Shown: piece by piece, positions 49,961 through 63,289 of the stretch
How the letters are laid out: each line of letters starts with the position of its first letter
Numbering within the stretch: position 1 is the stretch's first letter
Source of the DNA: Chiloscyllium plagiosum
Lineage: Eukaryota
Length of the DNA: 64,000 nt
Assembly: GCF_004010195.1 (NCBI RefSeq)
Contig: NC_057719.1
Coordinates: forward strand, 67,539,048-67,603,047
Reading direction: 5' to 3'
The notes under the pieces: model-generated
What the model was told of the DNA's origin: nothing
The model's database searches: none
The model's input: the letters and a program-made list of their open reading frames with translations, nothing else
Made by a program: the position numbers and the translations under genes

Positions 49961-51268
49961 TACAGAGATGATATACCAGCAATTTCAGGTGATGAAATGT
50001 ACATGGAAATTGGTAGTTTTAGTGATGGTGGGAAAAATAAATTACAAGACTTTTCCTTTCATGTTTAGCATTTTAAATGTTTTGCAGAGGAAGTTATTGA
50101 AAATGTGAGATGGTAATAACTCATTGAATGAAGCATCTGTGGTTTGTGTACCTTATTGACTAATCAGACTGAAGAACTGTGAAATTAATGGTGAAATGGA
50201 CAGACTGAAAAGGGTGTGTAAATTTGAGTGGATCAATTCGATGCCAAATCAGGTACAGAAAGACAAATAAGAGATGGAATTTTTATGGAAAAAAGAATTA
50301 AATATTTATTACATTTTACATTTGACATCTTTTGAATCACCAACAATTAATACAAGTGATGTTCCAGCTTGTAATAATTCATTTTCAATGCCAGTGAGGC
50401 TTATTGGCAGTAATTAACATTTATCACAAATTTAAAAGGGTGTTTACAGTTGAAATAAAAAAAACATAATTTTTTATGACAAGTATACTTCATATTCACT
50501 GTGTAAGTACAGCAACATTGCGCTTTTGAATGTATTTCAGTGGTGAGGCAGACAGCTGAGTAAAGGTACAGTGGCACATTTTGGTTAGCAACTTGATAAT
50601 ATGCAAGTTTACCTGTACATTTGCTCCTTGCCTGAAGTTGCTGTGGTTTAGGCACTTAAATAATTGTACTATTCATCTTACCAATATTTTGACAGAATAT
50701 TATAGCCCCTTAATAGCTTAAATCAATGCAGATGTTTTGGAAAATAGATTACACAAAAAGTGCATTAGGATTACAATATCTATAAAATGAGAGAAATATT
50801 TAATCCTCTCTGATCACAATCTACATTGGAATATACTTACTTGAAAAAAATGCATTAAGAGGGACATTCTAATACTGCAGAAATCTATTAAATGTTTTGT
50901 CACTGATTTATATTTTTAAGAATTAATGAACTTAGTAAAGAACATACATTACATGACTAGCTTCATAAAAAACGTTATAGCCTACTTTTAAGTAAAGTGC
51001 TGCTCAATTAGATCGACCCTCATAGCCCTGGGCTTTCATGGCTGGACTGCTACAGGCAGCAAATCTACCTGTACTCTTCGAGCCTGTCACTGATGCTCAA
51101 AATTGTCTACTGCACTGGTAGATAGCACAGCATGCCACAAAAAAAATCTGGCAAACTTGCTAAGGAGTGTATCGCACCCCACGTGACTAATCTGAGCTTC
51201 TTAACAGCATCTTCAGCATTTCAATGCCCCAGTCAGTTACACGGCTAAAGGAATGAAACACATCCTAC

Positions 51269-51454
51269 TTGTTTTCATTAGCATTTATCGAATTGAGAAC
51301 AGGTGTTATCATTCTGTTTTGATCATAACTAGTGTTATCTGAAATCCATGAAGAGAGATTCATTTTAGTGTTGTGAACCAGCATTTCCTTGTTCTTTGTG
51401 TGTATTGTATTGTAGCTTTCCCCACCAGCAAGCCCTGTGGGGATTTTTCTTTTT
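51269..51454 (-). CDS. Candidate exon of a minus-strand host gene; possible glycosylated receptor N-terminus
   Basis: Acceptor CATTGTTTTTGTAG, donor AA/GTAGGA, 186 nt, open frame KRKIPTGLAGGESYNTIHTKNKEMLVHNTKMNLSSWISDNTSYDQNRMITPVLNSINANEN; two N-X-S sequons; unique sequence. Confidence 0.45.
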
Positions 51455-52489
51455 CTACAAAAACAATGATAGAGATGGTAAATATAAAATGTGGCGCAAT
51501 GCCAGCAAGTTTTAAAGTGAAATCTTGACAAGGTTTTCATATCAAAATTCCACTTGAAGTAATATTTGCACAAAGATCTTTTAATTCTTCTAAATGAAAG
51601 ACTGGTAGCTGCATGATTGAGTGTGTTTCTCTCAATTCAAGGCATATAATGTTCAACATTCATAATATAGGTAAAAGAATTAATTGTACACACATTTCCT
51701 GAAGAAAAATACTATCAAATGCAATGTTTAAAATGTTTTTTTCAAATGAAAACATCATCTTTTATGATGATATTTTTCACACTGCAACACTCACGCAATT
51801 ATTGATAAGTTATTAATGCTTATAAATATATTTTTGTATTATTAGTGCACAAATGCTTAATTCATTCATATGATATTCCTCTGTCCATTGGTTAATTTCT
51901 GCATAAAACAGCCAATCTGTTTTAAAAAGGTTAATGAACCAATTATATCAATGTAAATTAATATTACAAACAACAATATCCAGTCACAAATCCTTTCCTA
52001 TGCCTCACAATATCCAAATTGAAAGCTTCTAAATAATTTATAAGACTAAATATAAAAATGCCAAATAAAAACTATATACCTCAAATACTCTGTAGGGTCA
52101 GCAACATCTGAGCTTCAGAATAAAAGGCAGCAACCTAATCTGATAAGTATTTCCAGCATTTAGCATTTTAATTTCAGGATTTCCAACATCCGCTAGATTT
52201 TAATTTTGAGCAAAAATACCATTGATTTATTCTCCGTAACACTGTAAGAACTGCACAGCAAAAACAATTTTGTTCCAAGACTAAGTTGAATATGTAAACT
52301 GAGTCAATTAGCAGATTATTGGGAAAACGTTATGAAATATAAATGATAATCACTAATCTCTGAATAGTCATATATCCTATATAACTTGCAAATTTCCTGT
52401 TGGTTAGGTTTAGTTTATTTTCGGAGACAGTCATTGTTTAAATGTGATTAAAATCAGATATCCTCTATATAATTGCACAACAAATTTAT

Positions 52490-53800
52490 CAACAACTTGC
52501 ATTCATATAGCACCTTTAACATAATAAAATGTCCAAGGTGCTTCATGGGCGTATTACCAAAAATGATATTAACACCAAGCCAAGTAAGGAGCCATTATGG
52601 CAACTGATAAATGCTTCATTGAAGAGGTAAATTTTAGGAGCGTCATAATAGAATAAAATGAAGAGAAATGTAGAGAGGAGAATCTGGATCTTTGCACCTG
52701 GTCAGGTGAAGACACAGCAACCAATAGTAAAGTGATTCAAAATGGGTGTTCAAAAAGCTGGAATTTTAATGCAAATATTGCAGAGTTCTGGGGCTGAATG
52801 AGATTATAAAGAATAACATTGGTTTTAAAACAAGGATGAGAATTTTAAATTGAGACACTGCTAATTGGGAATATGTCAGCAAAAGCAAAAAATAATGAAG
52901 GAATGGGATTGAAATGAAAATGAAGGTTTCAGCAGTTCATGTTAAGGTCAAATATAACACCGAGGTTGTGAACAGTCTCGCTTAGCATCAGACAGGTGCC
53001 AGAGACTAATAGGAAATCAGGTGACAAGGGAACTGAGGTTCTGGTGGGGACTGAAGACAATGGCTTCAGCCCTCCAAATGTTTAAATAAAGAACATGTTT
53101 ACTCATCCATTACTGGATGTCAGACAAGCAGTCTGGAAAGCTTGAGGCATTGGGGAGATTGAGAGAACTGGTGTTCGGATAGAAATCGGCTATCATTGTT
53201 GGACATGTGGAAACTTATGTATTGTTTTTGGATGATGTTGCCAAGGGGTGCCATGTCATTGAGAAATGGGACTGGGTCAAGGATTGATCTTTGACAAATG
53301 TCAGAAGTAATTGAATGGAATTGGGAAGAGAAGCCATACATGTCAATAATCTGGTTGTGATTCATTAGGTAGGAATGGACTCAGACAATCCCTACAGTGT
53401 GGAAACAGGGCCGTCAGCCCAACAAGTCCACACGATCCTCCAAAGAGTAATCTACCCAGACCCATTTCCTACCCTATTATCCTATATTTACCCCTAACTA
53501 ATCTACACATCCCTGAACACTATGGGAAATTTAGCATGGCCAATTCACCTAACCTGCACATCTTTGAATTGTGGGAGGAAACCGGAGCACCGGGAGGAAA
53601 CCCACGCAGACACGGGGAGAATGTGCAAACTCCACACAGACAGTCACCTAAGGCTGGAATCAAACCCGGGTTCCTGGCACTGTGAGGCAGCAGTGCTAAC
53701 CACTGAGCCATCGTGCCACCCCTAAAATGCAATCTCACCCAGCTGGAAAATAGCAGAGAGGCACTGAGGATGGATTATGCCATCAATCATGTCAAAATCC
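52490..53800 (-). mobile_element. L2-type LINE fragment (RT plus 3' end), interrupted by an HE1 SINE
   Basis: ORF 53120-53365 ICQRSILDPVPFLNDMAPLGNIIQKQYISFHM resembles L2 RT GVPQGSILGPLLF.IYM.PLG.II....FH.YADD; end ACAACTTGCATTCATATAGCACCTTTAAC. Confidence 0.8.
53378..53722 (-). mobile_element. HE1-type SINE, full length
   Basis: Minus strand GGGGTGGCACGATGGCTCAGTGGTTAGCACTGCTGCC...CGGGTTTGATTCC; tail CCTGTTTCCACACTGTAGGGATT. Confidence 0.94.
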
Positions 53801-55369
53801 ATACCAGAACTTGAAATAAAAGGAGATATAGGTCTCCTTCAAGTTTCATACATTTATTGCAATATTGGAAAAGTGTAAACTTACACTAGCACCCTAACTT
53901 CCCTTTTTGCAGACTGAAGAAAATTTTAAATAAAATTCAAATCCTTCTTTATTCACACTAGTGTAGAAAGATGTCACAGTTATCAAGGACAAAGTAGTTT
54001 GAAGGTCATCTGAGATCGTGAAATCAATCTGAAAGAAAAGAAAATGAAGAAGCTATGTATTAAGGTGTCTAATCCAGCTATTAACTGAGATCAGAGAATT
54101 TATATCAGCATCAGTTGCTGTGAACTTGAACACTGCATCTGAAATGACAATGGAGCCAAAGAGTTATGACCAACTGTTCACCTTGCTTAACTCTATAGCA
54201 CAGAAGGGAAATATTCAAATTGTAGGACTACAAAAATATTTTTGCACTTTGACAGTTGAAATGATTTTGGACTCTTGAAGGGTAGTTTTAAGAGTCTGCC
54301 TAGGTGCAGCTAATAAGAAGTTTACGATGTGTATCATTAGCACCATCTATATAAGGAAATTGAAAATGATGAGGTGTGGATGAGATAGGATAGACTACGA
54401 TGGGGGTGATGATACTGTGTGAGGTGAGATCTAGACCAAACAATCTTAGGTTAGCAAGATCTTCAGTGATTTACTTTGTAAACTGGATAAATCCTGTTTA
54501 CAAAGCATAAAACAGAAAAGAAGCTTTTCAAAATTATTTGATAATATTTAAATCCAAAATTCTCCCCAGTTCCTGGTCATAAATATCCCTGTTTTCTGAG
54601 ATAAAAATTTCATACTGTCTAATCTGTTTGATGTCAGTTTGGGAATTAGGGTTAGCTTCTTTGACCCATAAAACAATATTTCCTCCCAGCTAATTCAGCT
54701 TTGTGCTTTTCAGATGGTGCAGCATTAAAATCAGGCTGAAGAGACAATTTATTAGCTAAGACTGTAATAACTGCTCCAGAAAAGATGCTGTTACCCTGGC
54801 ACTAATATCATATGCTATTCCTGTGTGAGGATTTTCTTGCCTCTAGCAAGAAATTGTGCAGACTTGGTCTCATCAGTGCTAAAGATGATCACTTTTTGTA
54901 GCTTTGGCAAAACACTGAACTGGCATAATTTTCTTGTAACGCAGTCAATGAGTTGTTTTACTGCTGCTCAGATCTCTAGTCACAGCGGATTGTCTGTGTG
55001 CAGCGGTGCGGGGGAATCAATGATGGGGGAGGTGGGGTCAACTTGGAAAAAATGAGCACTTTAAATATGACATAATGACCTATCATGTATTAGAAGTTTC
55101 TACTTGGCAGTAACTACATTGATCAAATACAAGCGATGGAATAACAGCATTCCAAATAGAAGCAGAGAAACAGAGAGGAAAAGGAACATACACTAACAAT
55201 ATAAGTACTATACTTGCAATTCAAAAACGCTTTTTGTTAAGATAAAAACAGAACATGTTGGAGAGACGCAGTAGAATTCATCTGTTTTAATTTCAGATGT
55301 TCAGCGTCTGTAATTTTTTTAAATGTTTAATTTTAAATTTTTCTACAATTAATGAAAAACAACATCCCC

Positions 55370-56790
55370 CGCTTGGTCAGACTGTCGGGTGTATACATTT
55401 TTGCTACCGCTACTGAGCTGTTAGGAGATTTGGTTCCACGTTGATTCATTGCAACGCAAACTCAGTTTAGCATCTCCTCCTAACTGTGGAAGGTGTGGTT
55501 CAATGTGTGGACAATTACTGTACTAATTTCCATCTAATGTCAATAAATCCAATTTTACTTTAAATATTGACCTCGAACCTCCTTGCACCAAGATTGCCAT
55601 GACCTGTGTCAACGTTAAGCATTATTGTTTCCTCCTGATCACATGAAGCGAGGCTTGGCACCGGCAATAACATGTTCTGACCATCCGTTGCCCCCCTCGT
55701 GTTCTGCCCATCCAGCAAGCCAGCGCATAGTGCATCACCCACTCTGTGGCCAGGTAGCGGACGGAAGACGCTTGTCCTCGCAGTTATCCATCACTAACAC
55801 TATCAACCTCTGACACCTTTCACTTGTCTCACAAACACCAAAACCACAGCGACCAAACTGTATCTAAAGCTTGTAGCGTCATTGTGCAGATTGAGGAAGT
55901 ATGAAAATATTTTACTGGAAATAAAGGTCAAAAAGACAGAAGTCCGGGGAAGATAAAAATAAAGCTGCCCTTGCCTGTTAACAAGTCAAATAAAACGGGT
56001 ACACGGCACTGGGCGAAAATGGACAGTGCAGCCAATTAGCATATTGTCAACATGGTGGATTTATTTCTAGGGAAATTTAAATTGTAGGTTAAAGCATTGT
56101 TTATAAAGGGAAAGAGACAGATCATGGATATTACATTTAAAAAAGATATAATCTCGCAGCCTAATATCTTATGTATTCTTTGTCGTCCAGTTTAAAATTG
56201 CTTAAATCCGTTTTTTTTTAAAAATATATAAATATGATTAATGTACATTAGATTGAATTCACCTGCAGAGAAAAATAAACTGAGAAAATGAAAGAAATTC
56301 CTCCGACTTAACTTTGTGAATTTAAAAATGGAGTTCCAAAACGGTGGAGAAAGGATGAGGGTGTTTTGCCTCAAAATACATTAGTTGGAAGAGAGGTATG
56401 GGGGAAAAAAAAAGAAGCATTCAGAACTGTCAGAAGTAGAAGGTCTAACCCAACAATCAGTGAGGGTAATGAATGTTAGCATTTCTCTCCTAGCATACTG
56501 AGTGCGACATCGCATTGTAGGGAAAACTGACACATCGCTCTTCCTGTCAGCCGCTGTGTCCCTCCTGCTGGCTGAGCGACAGAGCTGCTCCGCTGTGGAA
56601 AGCTTTGAAGGAATCTGCAGCTCCCAGTGACAAGTTAGTGGCTTGAGAATACAGCAAAGGGAGCCGAGGAGCTAGAAAAGCCGAACTTCACCGTCGAATG
56701 TGAAACAAAGCATGCAGCGGATTGTATTCATACCTGTTCTCCTACCCGGGCCACGCTACCAAACCAAAAACAGGGAATAACTAACATCGT
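55370..56790 (-). promoter_or_regulatory. CpG-enriched, repeat-free region: probable promoter or 5' exons of a minus-strand gene
   Basis: Visibly more CpG than the flanks; minus-strand donor CAG/GTATGA at 56733; pyrimidine-rich acceptors ...TTTTTCTCTGCAG (56263) and ...CTTTATTTCCAG (55915). Confidence 0.55.
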
Positions 56791-58637
56791 CTTAAAATTA
56801 AAGGGTAACTGCACTGTAAACAGGTCAAAAGAGAAAAAGTAAACATCCTTAACAATAGCAAATAGAATTTATAATCTTTAGGAGTTTTTTTTTAGATATG
56901 TCCATTCATGTAGAAGTAAATTCACAACCGAAGCGAAAACAAAAATAAAATCCACAGTCATTTGTAGGAATTTTTGGTCACAGTTGCTTGGTTTAGGCAA
57001 CTGATAATAGAGCAGTTCACGAAAGGTGGAGAATAGCTCATATTGTATTGTCAGTAATTTTGTTTTTGAAAACATTAACACAAATAGTCTTGCCTGAAAT
57101 TCTTTTTTTTTAAACAGCATTTATTTTGACCTTAGCAGAATTAGTAACATGAAGGGTTGTTTTGAAATATCATTATCTAAAGGGATTTGGTTCTCCTATT
57201 GGAATTTATTCTCTGGATTTAGTAATCTCCAGCTCGATTACATTACACAAACAGCTACCAAATAAATCAGATAGATTATATTGCAGACAATGGAATGAAG
57301 AGGGCATTCACAAATATTTCTATACTGACTCACCCTTCCCCATGAAAAATGGCCATCTTCCAGTAGACTGATCATCACTTTATTAAGATAGCAGTAGATT
57401 TGAACTGGGGAAGGGTATATTGTCCTGGTAAATCTCTTTTCAAACACTGCTATTCCACTAGATTTCCTAACCTGAACACGAACAGTGCTAAATATGTATG
57501 AAGTAAACCTCCACATCAGGTTTCTCAAATCACTAGCCATTTATTGCTGGATCATTAGGATTAGCCTTGCACATTGACAATATTTTAAAAATCGGGTTTA
57601 TTTCCTGCACAGCAAGAAAAAGGTTAAGCTTGCATTGACACTGCTAACTAGGACACTATAGGAGGCTGATAGGATTTACTTCATCCCAAAGGAGATTGCC
57701 TATGGTGTTTCTAAGCCAATACAACAGGGTCTTCACATTGGCTTTAAACTTAACATCTTACCATCGTATAAGTGTATGTAATCACACTTGAACTTTGAAC
57801 CTCAGCTTGATAAAAGCAGCCTAAGAATACTATACAATAAGAATGGACCACTGAAAGCACCAAAAGACCAGATTTCTGTGAATAGATGATCAAAACATCA
57901 ATGTCATAGGAATGCCATCACCCCTAACTTCTTTTCTATGACACACTGCATCCTAGCTTCAAAATGTGTTATCTCTCCTTTCTTCTCGATGGAACTGTGT
58001 CCCGAAATCCCCTAACTAGTGAAGCGGCATTCTCTCCACAAGGATTGCAACAGTTCCAGGAGAAGGCCCACCATTAACTTTTCAGAGTAAGACAAAATGA
58101 ACAATGTCTTACCAGAATTTTCCATAAACCTAGAACAAATAAAAAAAATCCAGATATGCACCACTTAGAGATAATTCAGTAAATATGTTCCAAAGTCAAG
58201 GTCAGGTTGTGCACAGCAAGTTCTCACCAACAAGAATAAATTAAACAAACAAATAATCTGCTTCACAAGTGTTGATTGAGGTATCAATGTTGGGCAAGTG
58301 ATTATGAGAGCTGGCTGTAGTTCTGAACCAGAAAGCACAAAAAAGATAGAGGGATAGAGGTACAAGTTTATTTGGAAAAAAATGAGTGCAAAGCTAAGCA
58401 TATTTTCTCATGATCCCTCCCCAAACACATCGCGTTATCTGGCATTTCAGTCTTTGCAGCAAGAATAACAAAGGATTTTACCCTTTTACCATCCATTATT
58501 TCTGGAGCAATTCACCACTCACCATATACCCTGCAATCCCTGGCACTTGGAGCATTTTTAAAAGGCTGATGGGTGCACCCAGACAAACCCTGTCAGTCTG
58601 GAGCTGTCCTGCATACATCCAGACATTGGGCCCAGAC

Positions 58638-58860
58638 ATGGCAGAAAGAGGGCATCGGCACTCCCACTTTGTGGGCAATGTCCTGGAGCTCCTCCTGGAC
58701 AGGGTCATGTATAGGTGGGCCTTTCTTTTCCCAAAGGGCCTTCCACGGAGGCCATGACAACAGACTTTGCCAGCCTGGAGCAAGCTTCAAGCTAATTCAG
58801 CCATTATGGAGGAATACCCAGCACCATAGGAAGAAGGCCAATGTCCTTCCCCACTTCAGC
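58638..58860 (+). pseudogene. PIF/Harbinger Myb/SANT-like ORF relic
   Basis: MAERGHRHSHFVGNVLELLLDRVMYRWAFLFPKGLPRRP*QQTLPAW, then after a frameshift RNTQHHRKKANVL; homologous to 8690-9496. Confidence 0.7.
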
Positions 58861-59199
58861 AGTGCCACCATCTTCTCTCCATCACTTTTATCTTGCTACT
58901 GGACCCACCTCTCACCAAGGCTCATGCTCTGCCAAGCTCCCGTAATGTCTGTAACATCTTCCTCAGTCGCCCTCACCCACTCCAGCACCCAACAACACTA
59001 ACCCTGCTTGGCCCTTCCATAGTTTACTCACTCACTTGGGAAACCTCTCCACCTGGACAACAGGAATAGCTGTGCCATCTGCTTTCATCTTCTATAATAC
59101 CTGCCTCTCTCTCATTCCAGGATTAAAACTATTCATAATAAGGCAGAAAGAATCAGGATGGGTGTGTGCTGCCCATCATTCAGCTCTTTGACCCTTATC

Positions 59200-59766
59200 A
59201 GCGGAGGGGCTTGACTCCGACCAGCCTGGGCCAGTTATCAGCTGGGTGTTTGTCCTGAGGTACAGTATTGAAGTTCGGAAGAGTCCCGTACATGGATTGG
59301 AGATGTGCTATGAGGGGTTTGTAGAGGTTGGCAATGTTGGATGCCAATGTTCATGGATGTGGAGTGGATGTGGAGTGCATGTGGCAAGTGCCCAAGGACC
59401 ATGTCCAAGATATTGGTGCCCAATGTGGAGGTCGTTTGGAGTAAGTGGTGAGTTGAACCCAGCCAAAGCTCCTTATGGTTTCCATGTTATGTTTTCCTGA
59501 AGGCTACCTCATATGGTGCGTTTGGTAAGATTGCAACCTGTGGCAAGTTGAGCTGTTAACAAAGTGCTTAACAAACAAACAATCATGAGCATCAATTGAG
59601 AATTCACTGCTGTCTGCTGAAAATCTCACCATGTTGCTTGAGAAAAGCAAACAAAATGTGGCGAGATAGTCTCATCATTAAGATGGACCTGGATGAACAT
59701 CTTGCCTGATTCTGCCACTGCTTTTGCCATAGCCCACATCACTGAGAGCTTGGTAAGATTCCACCC
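59200..59766 (-). mobile_element. Harbinger-associated repeat with terminal motif
   Basis: Reverse complement contains CATTGGCATCCAACATTGCCAACC...CACATCTCCAATCC as at 30220; ends GGTAAGATTCCACCC. Confidence 0.55.
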
Positions 59767-60954
59767 ATAAGGTTTGCAGCTATCAGGAAAGCTTGATTAA
59801 TTGGGGGTCCTTTCTCAAGAATAACATTAAGCAGTTAGTTCCACCTGTTGGGAAAAGTGCAATGCTATAAGTAGAATGCTGTCATGGAGACAGAGGTGGA
59901 CATGCCAGCAATTCTGCACCCACTACCTGATGAGTTGGCATTCAAATATGTTTTTATTCTGTGCTCGCATCCCAGGACATGGCCACATAGAACTGGGATG
60001 AAGTCACCAACCTCTGCCATAAAAATCAGTGGTGTTTCTACCTCCATGAGCCAGCTTGCTCACTCAATTAAAAGCTAATGTGTTGCATTCTGCCCTCTTC
60101 CAAAACAAAGTCAGCACTTAACGTTCATGGGGTGATGGGTGTATTTGTCCCTTAGATAGGTCTCAGATCATCTAGGATAATCTATTCACATGGTGGTGAC
60201 AATTGGAAGGAACATCACCCCTGTAAATACAATGGATACAGATGGTGAGACGCTGCTCATCCAATCACAGGCTGAGTCTCTCTCATACTTATTGCTGATA
60301 GGTTTACCAGGGAGCATATCAGCAACAAATGTGGGAGAGAAGTAACCTGTGATTGGGGGATCAGTGACCAAGGCATGTAAGTTCTGGCAGTGAGGGAGTC
60401 ATCAAGGGCGGACCTACCAGAGGTCAAGAATGGGAGGCCATGAGTCAGGAGCAAGGGGACGGGGCATGGGTAGGAGGCTGTGAACCAAGGGACTGAGAGC
60501 AGAAGCCAATGACTTGGAGGTCTGAAATGGGAAGCTGGGAGGCCAGAGATGGAAAGTGATAAAATGAGCCACAAGGGTCAGAAGGCCATGATCCATGGTG
60601 TTAGTGAGTGGAGTGGAAATGGGCATGAACCAGAAGTGGGAGCCAGCCCCCATGTAGCCAAGGTCGTGAGATTGAAGCAGAACTGCAACCTTTTTGCCAA
60701 GCCAAGGATGGAGGGGGAGAGGGTTTGGCGAAACAGAAAGATGAACGGTTATAGGATAACAGAGAGGCTACATGAGTGGGGATGGGGACAGACATAGGGA
60801 GTCTGCAAGGGGATAAGGAAGGGACGGGGCAAGGGGGTAGTGGAAAGAGAGGGAGCTGTAAAAAGGGCAGCATGAGATTGCAAAGATGAACAATAGTTTC
60901 AAACCTGTCAACAAAGGAATTCTGAGCAAAATAGGAGCTAAAACAATATTGCTG

Positions 60955-61210
60955 AGGTAATAGAAACATGGAATTCAAAAGCAGAACTAGGCCACTTGGC
61001 TGTTCAAGACTGCTCCACCTACCTTCAATATGGTAATGGCTGATCATTCAACCTAGTACCCTGTTCTCATTTGGTCTTTATATCCTTTGATTCCTTTCAA
61101 CCTTAGATCAATATCTAACTCCTTCCTGAGAACATTCAATGTTTTGGCCTCAACCATTTCTGTGACAGAGAATTCCATTGACTCACTACTCTCTGGCTGA
61201 AGAAATTTGA
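60955..61210 (-). mobile_element. CR1-type 3' end
   Basis: TAGAAACATGGAA...TAGGCCACTTGGC...ATGGCTGATC...AGAGAATTCCA. Confidence 0.7.
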
Positions 61211-61939
61211 ATTAATTGTAAATAAATGTAGAATGTCAAACTTAAGACGGTTTTATATGTTCAGCAATGACGATATAGGAAACATGCAGTGGAATTGAAA
61301 TAAACAGTGTATTAATTGTTAAATTTAAATCAGAGATTGAGATCTGAGATGCAATAAAAAGTATAGTAACTGCCTGGTCAGAATATTCCAGCTTTGTGAA
61401 TATACAAAAGATGTGCATTTGCTTTAACTGCACCAAGCACTTTTAGAGTGATGGACTTTTGTGCGTTGAAGTGTGTGTCAGGTATTATGAAATAGATTTT
61501 TGTTGCTAACGTATGCCTATGGTCTTGTGCCAATTCAAATACTGTGCTGTTTAAGAAGTTAATTGTGTGTCTCGGCTTTAGAATTAATGAAATAATTAGT
61601 CAATAATTATTGAGGACATTGGTGCTTCTGCTTCTGTGTGAGTCCAAGTGCCCCAAAAATCAAGGTAATATGTTACTATATGACGCATCACCTAAGAAAG
61701 GACTTTGTGAGAACAAACAAGTTGACTGTGAAAGCCAAAAAGGCATCCCCAAAAATTAAAAGGTTGCCTTTGAGAAAATTTGAAGATGAACCCTCAAAGG
61801 AAGCCCTGTGTCTGGGAGATACTGAGAACCAGAGGACTGGCAACCTTCAAGTGTCAGGAGTGGTATATGTGAATAGACTTGTAGGCAGTCCCAATTAGAA
61901 GACTCCAATAGAGTCCAGACTTAAATATAAATTCAGAGT

Positions 61940-62090
61940 TTCATAGAGTCATAGAGTCATAGAGATGTACAGCATGGAAACAGACCCTTCGGTCCAACCC
62001 AATCTAGTCCCACCTGCCAGCACCCGGCCCATATCCCTCCAAACCCTTCCTATTCATATACCTATCCAAATGCCTCTTAAATGTCGCAAT
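61940..62090 (-). mobile_element. HER1/CR1 extreme 3' end
   Basis: (CATAGAGT)n tail followed by GTACAGCATGGAAACAGACCCTTCGG. Confidence 0.92.
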
Positions 62091-63289
62091 TCATGAGGGG
62101 AGGCTGGCAGTTCCCTGGCAAGGGGTGGGTGAGAGAAAACCCATAAGGAAGATTCACCAGAGGTGGGTGGTGGTAGACACTCCCTCATCTGGTGGACTGA
62201 AAATTTTACACTGACTCCCTTCTCATGGGTAAACCACAGCAGGATGATGGGCACGGAGGGTGGTTATGGTTCTCTGGCATTTTATGCACCCTCCAATCAT
62301 CCTGCCATCTAATGGCAAGAGGATGTGGGACATGAACACCTTGCTATGGAGTAGGTGGGACAAATAGTACTGCTACCATTTAAGATTAAGGTTCATACGA
62401 TCATGACAGCAAAAGGAATAGTAGGTTACCTTGATAGGATTAAATGCATAGTGTGTAGGAGGGTCATATGATGCATAAAGTACAGAATAGACCAGTTAAG
62501 CTAAATGGATTATTTCAATGCTGTAGGTCCTTTGTAATTTGATGTACCACCCTTATTCTTCTTAAAGTAGAGCTTAAGGGATCGGGTACATCCACCTGAA
62601 AACATCAATGCTTCCTCAGTTTAACATCTCATTTGAAAGACAGCTGCTGAACATCCATAAAGAGGGATTGTGGAATCGATATCTGTTCTGATGCCATCCT
62701 AAAGATATTTGTGCTCTGTGGGGAGGAGATGCCTTCCAGCTGCGACACACTAGTCAACAGAATCAATTAGGTGGCGCAGGAGTCAATCTCAGTCCATTAC
62801 CTTGGGGTGCCTTCAGAATCAGGGACACACTAACACCCCTCTTCACTGTTGAAGGGCTAGCCACCCATCCCCATTCTGTCCTGTCAGCTGGGGAAGGATT
62901 TAGATCCTGGCCTCACACACTATTTAACGGCATATACACACAGATTCTCAGGTTAAACATTCCTCATGTGTTACAAGTCATTCTCTTCACTTTCATGTTG
63001 TTTGTAAGGCCTGGAAAAAATCCAGATCACTCCAGGGTTGGCCCTGTGTCTAAGAAGAGAGTTGAAGCAAATGTAATTAAACCCCTCATTAGCATGGCTG
63101 ATAACGTCAGCGGTTTGACTCCGAGGACAGTGTAGGCAGAGAGTTAGCAAAAACTCTGAAACATTCCTGCCTTCAGTTTGTTGTAGGATACTCAGAGAGG
63201 TTTGCTGCAGCTGTCCAAAGGTGTCCCTCTGTTTGCTAATGAAGAAAGAATAAGGTCGAAAGTCAGGTACACTTTCTTCTGTCTTCAAG

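Noticed and set aside
52070..52205. Possible additional HHR-family relics (also ~55245-55315)
   Set aside because: Only the body or tail is faintly similar; no core or TSD is discernible.
56005..56035. REST/RE1-like half site TGGACAGTGC
   Set aside because: Only the right half matches; the left half and spacing are absent.
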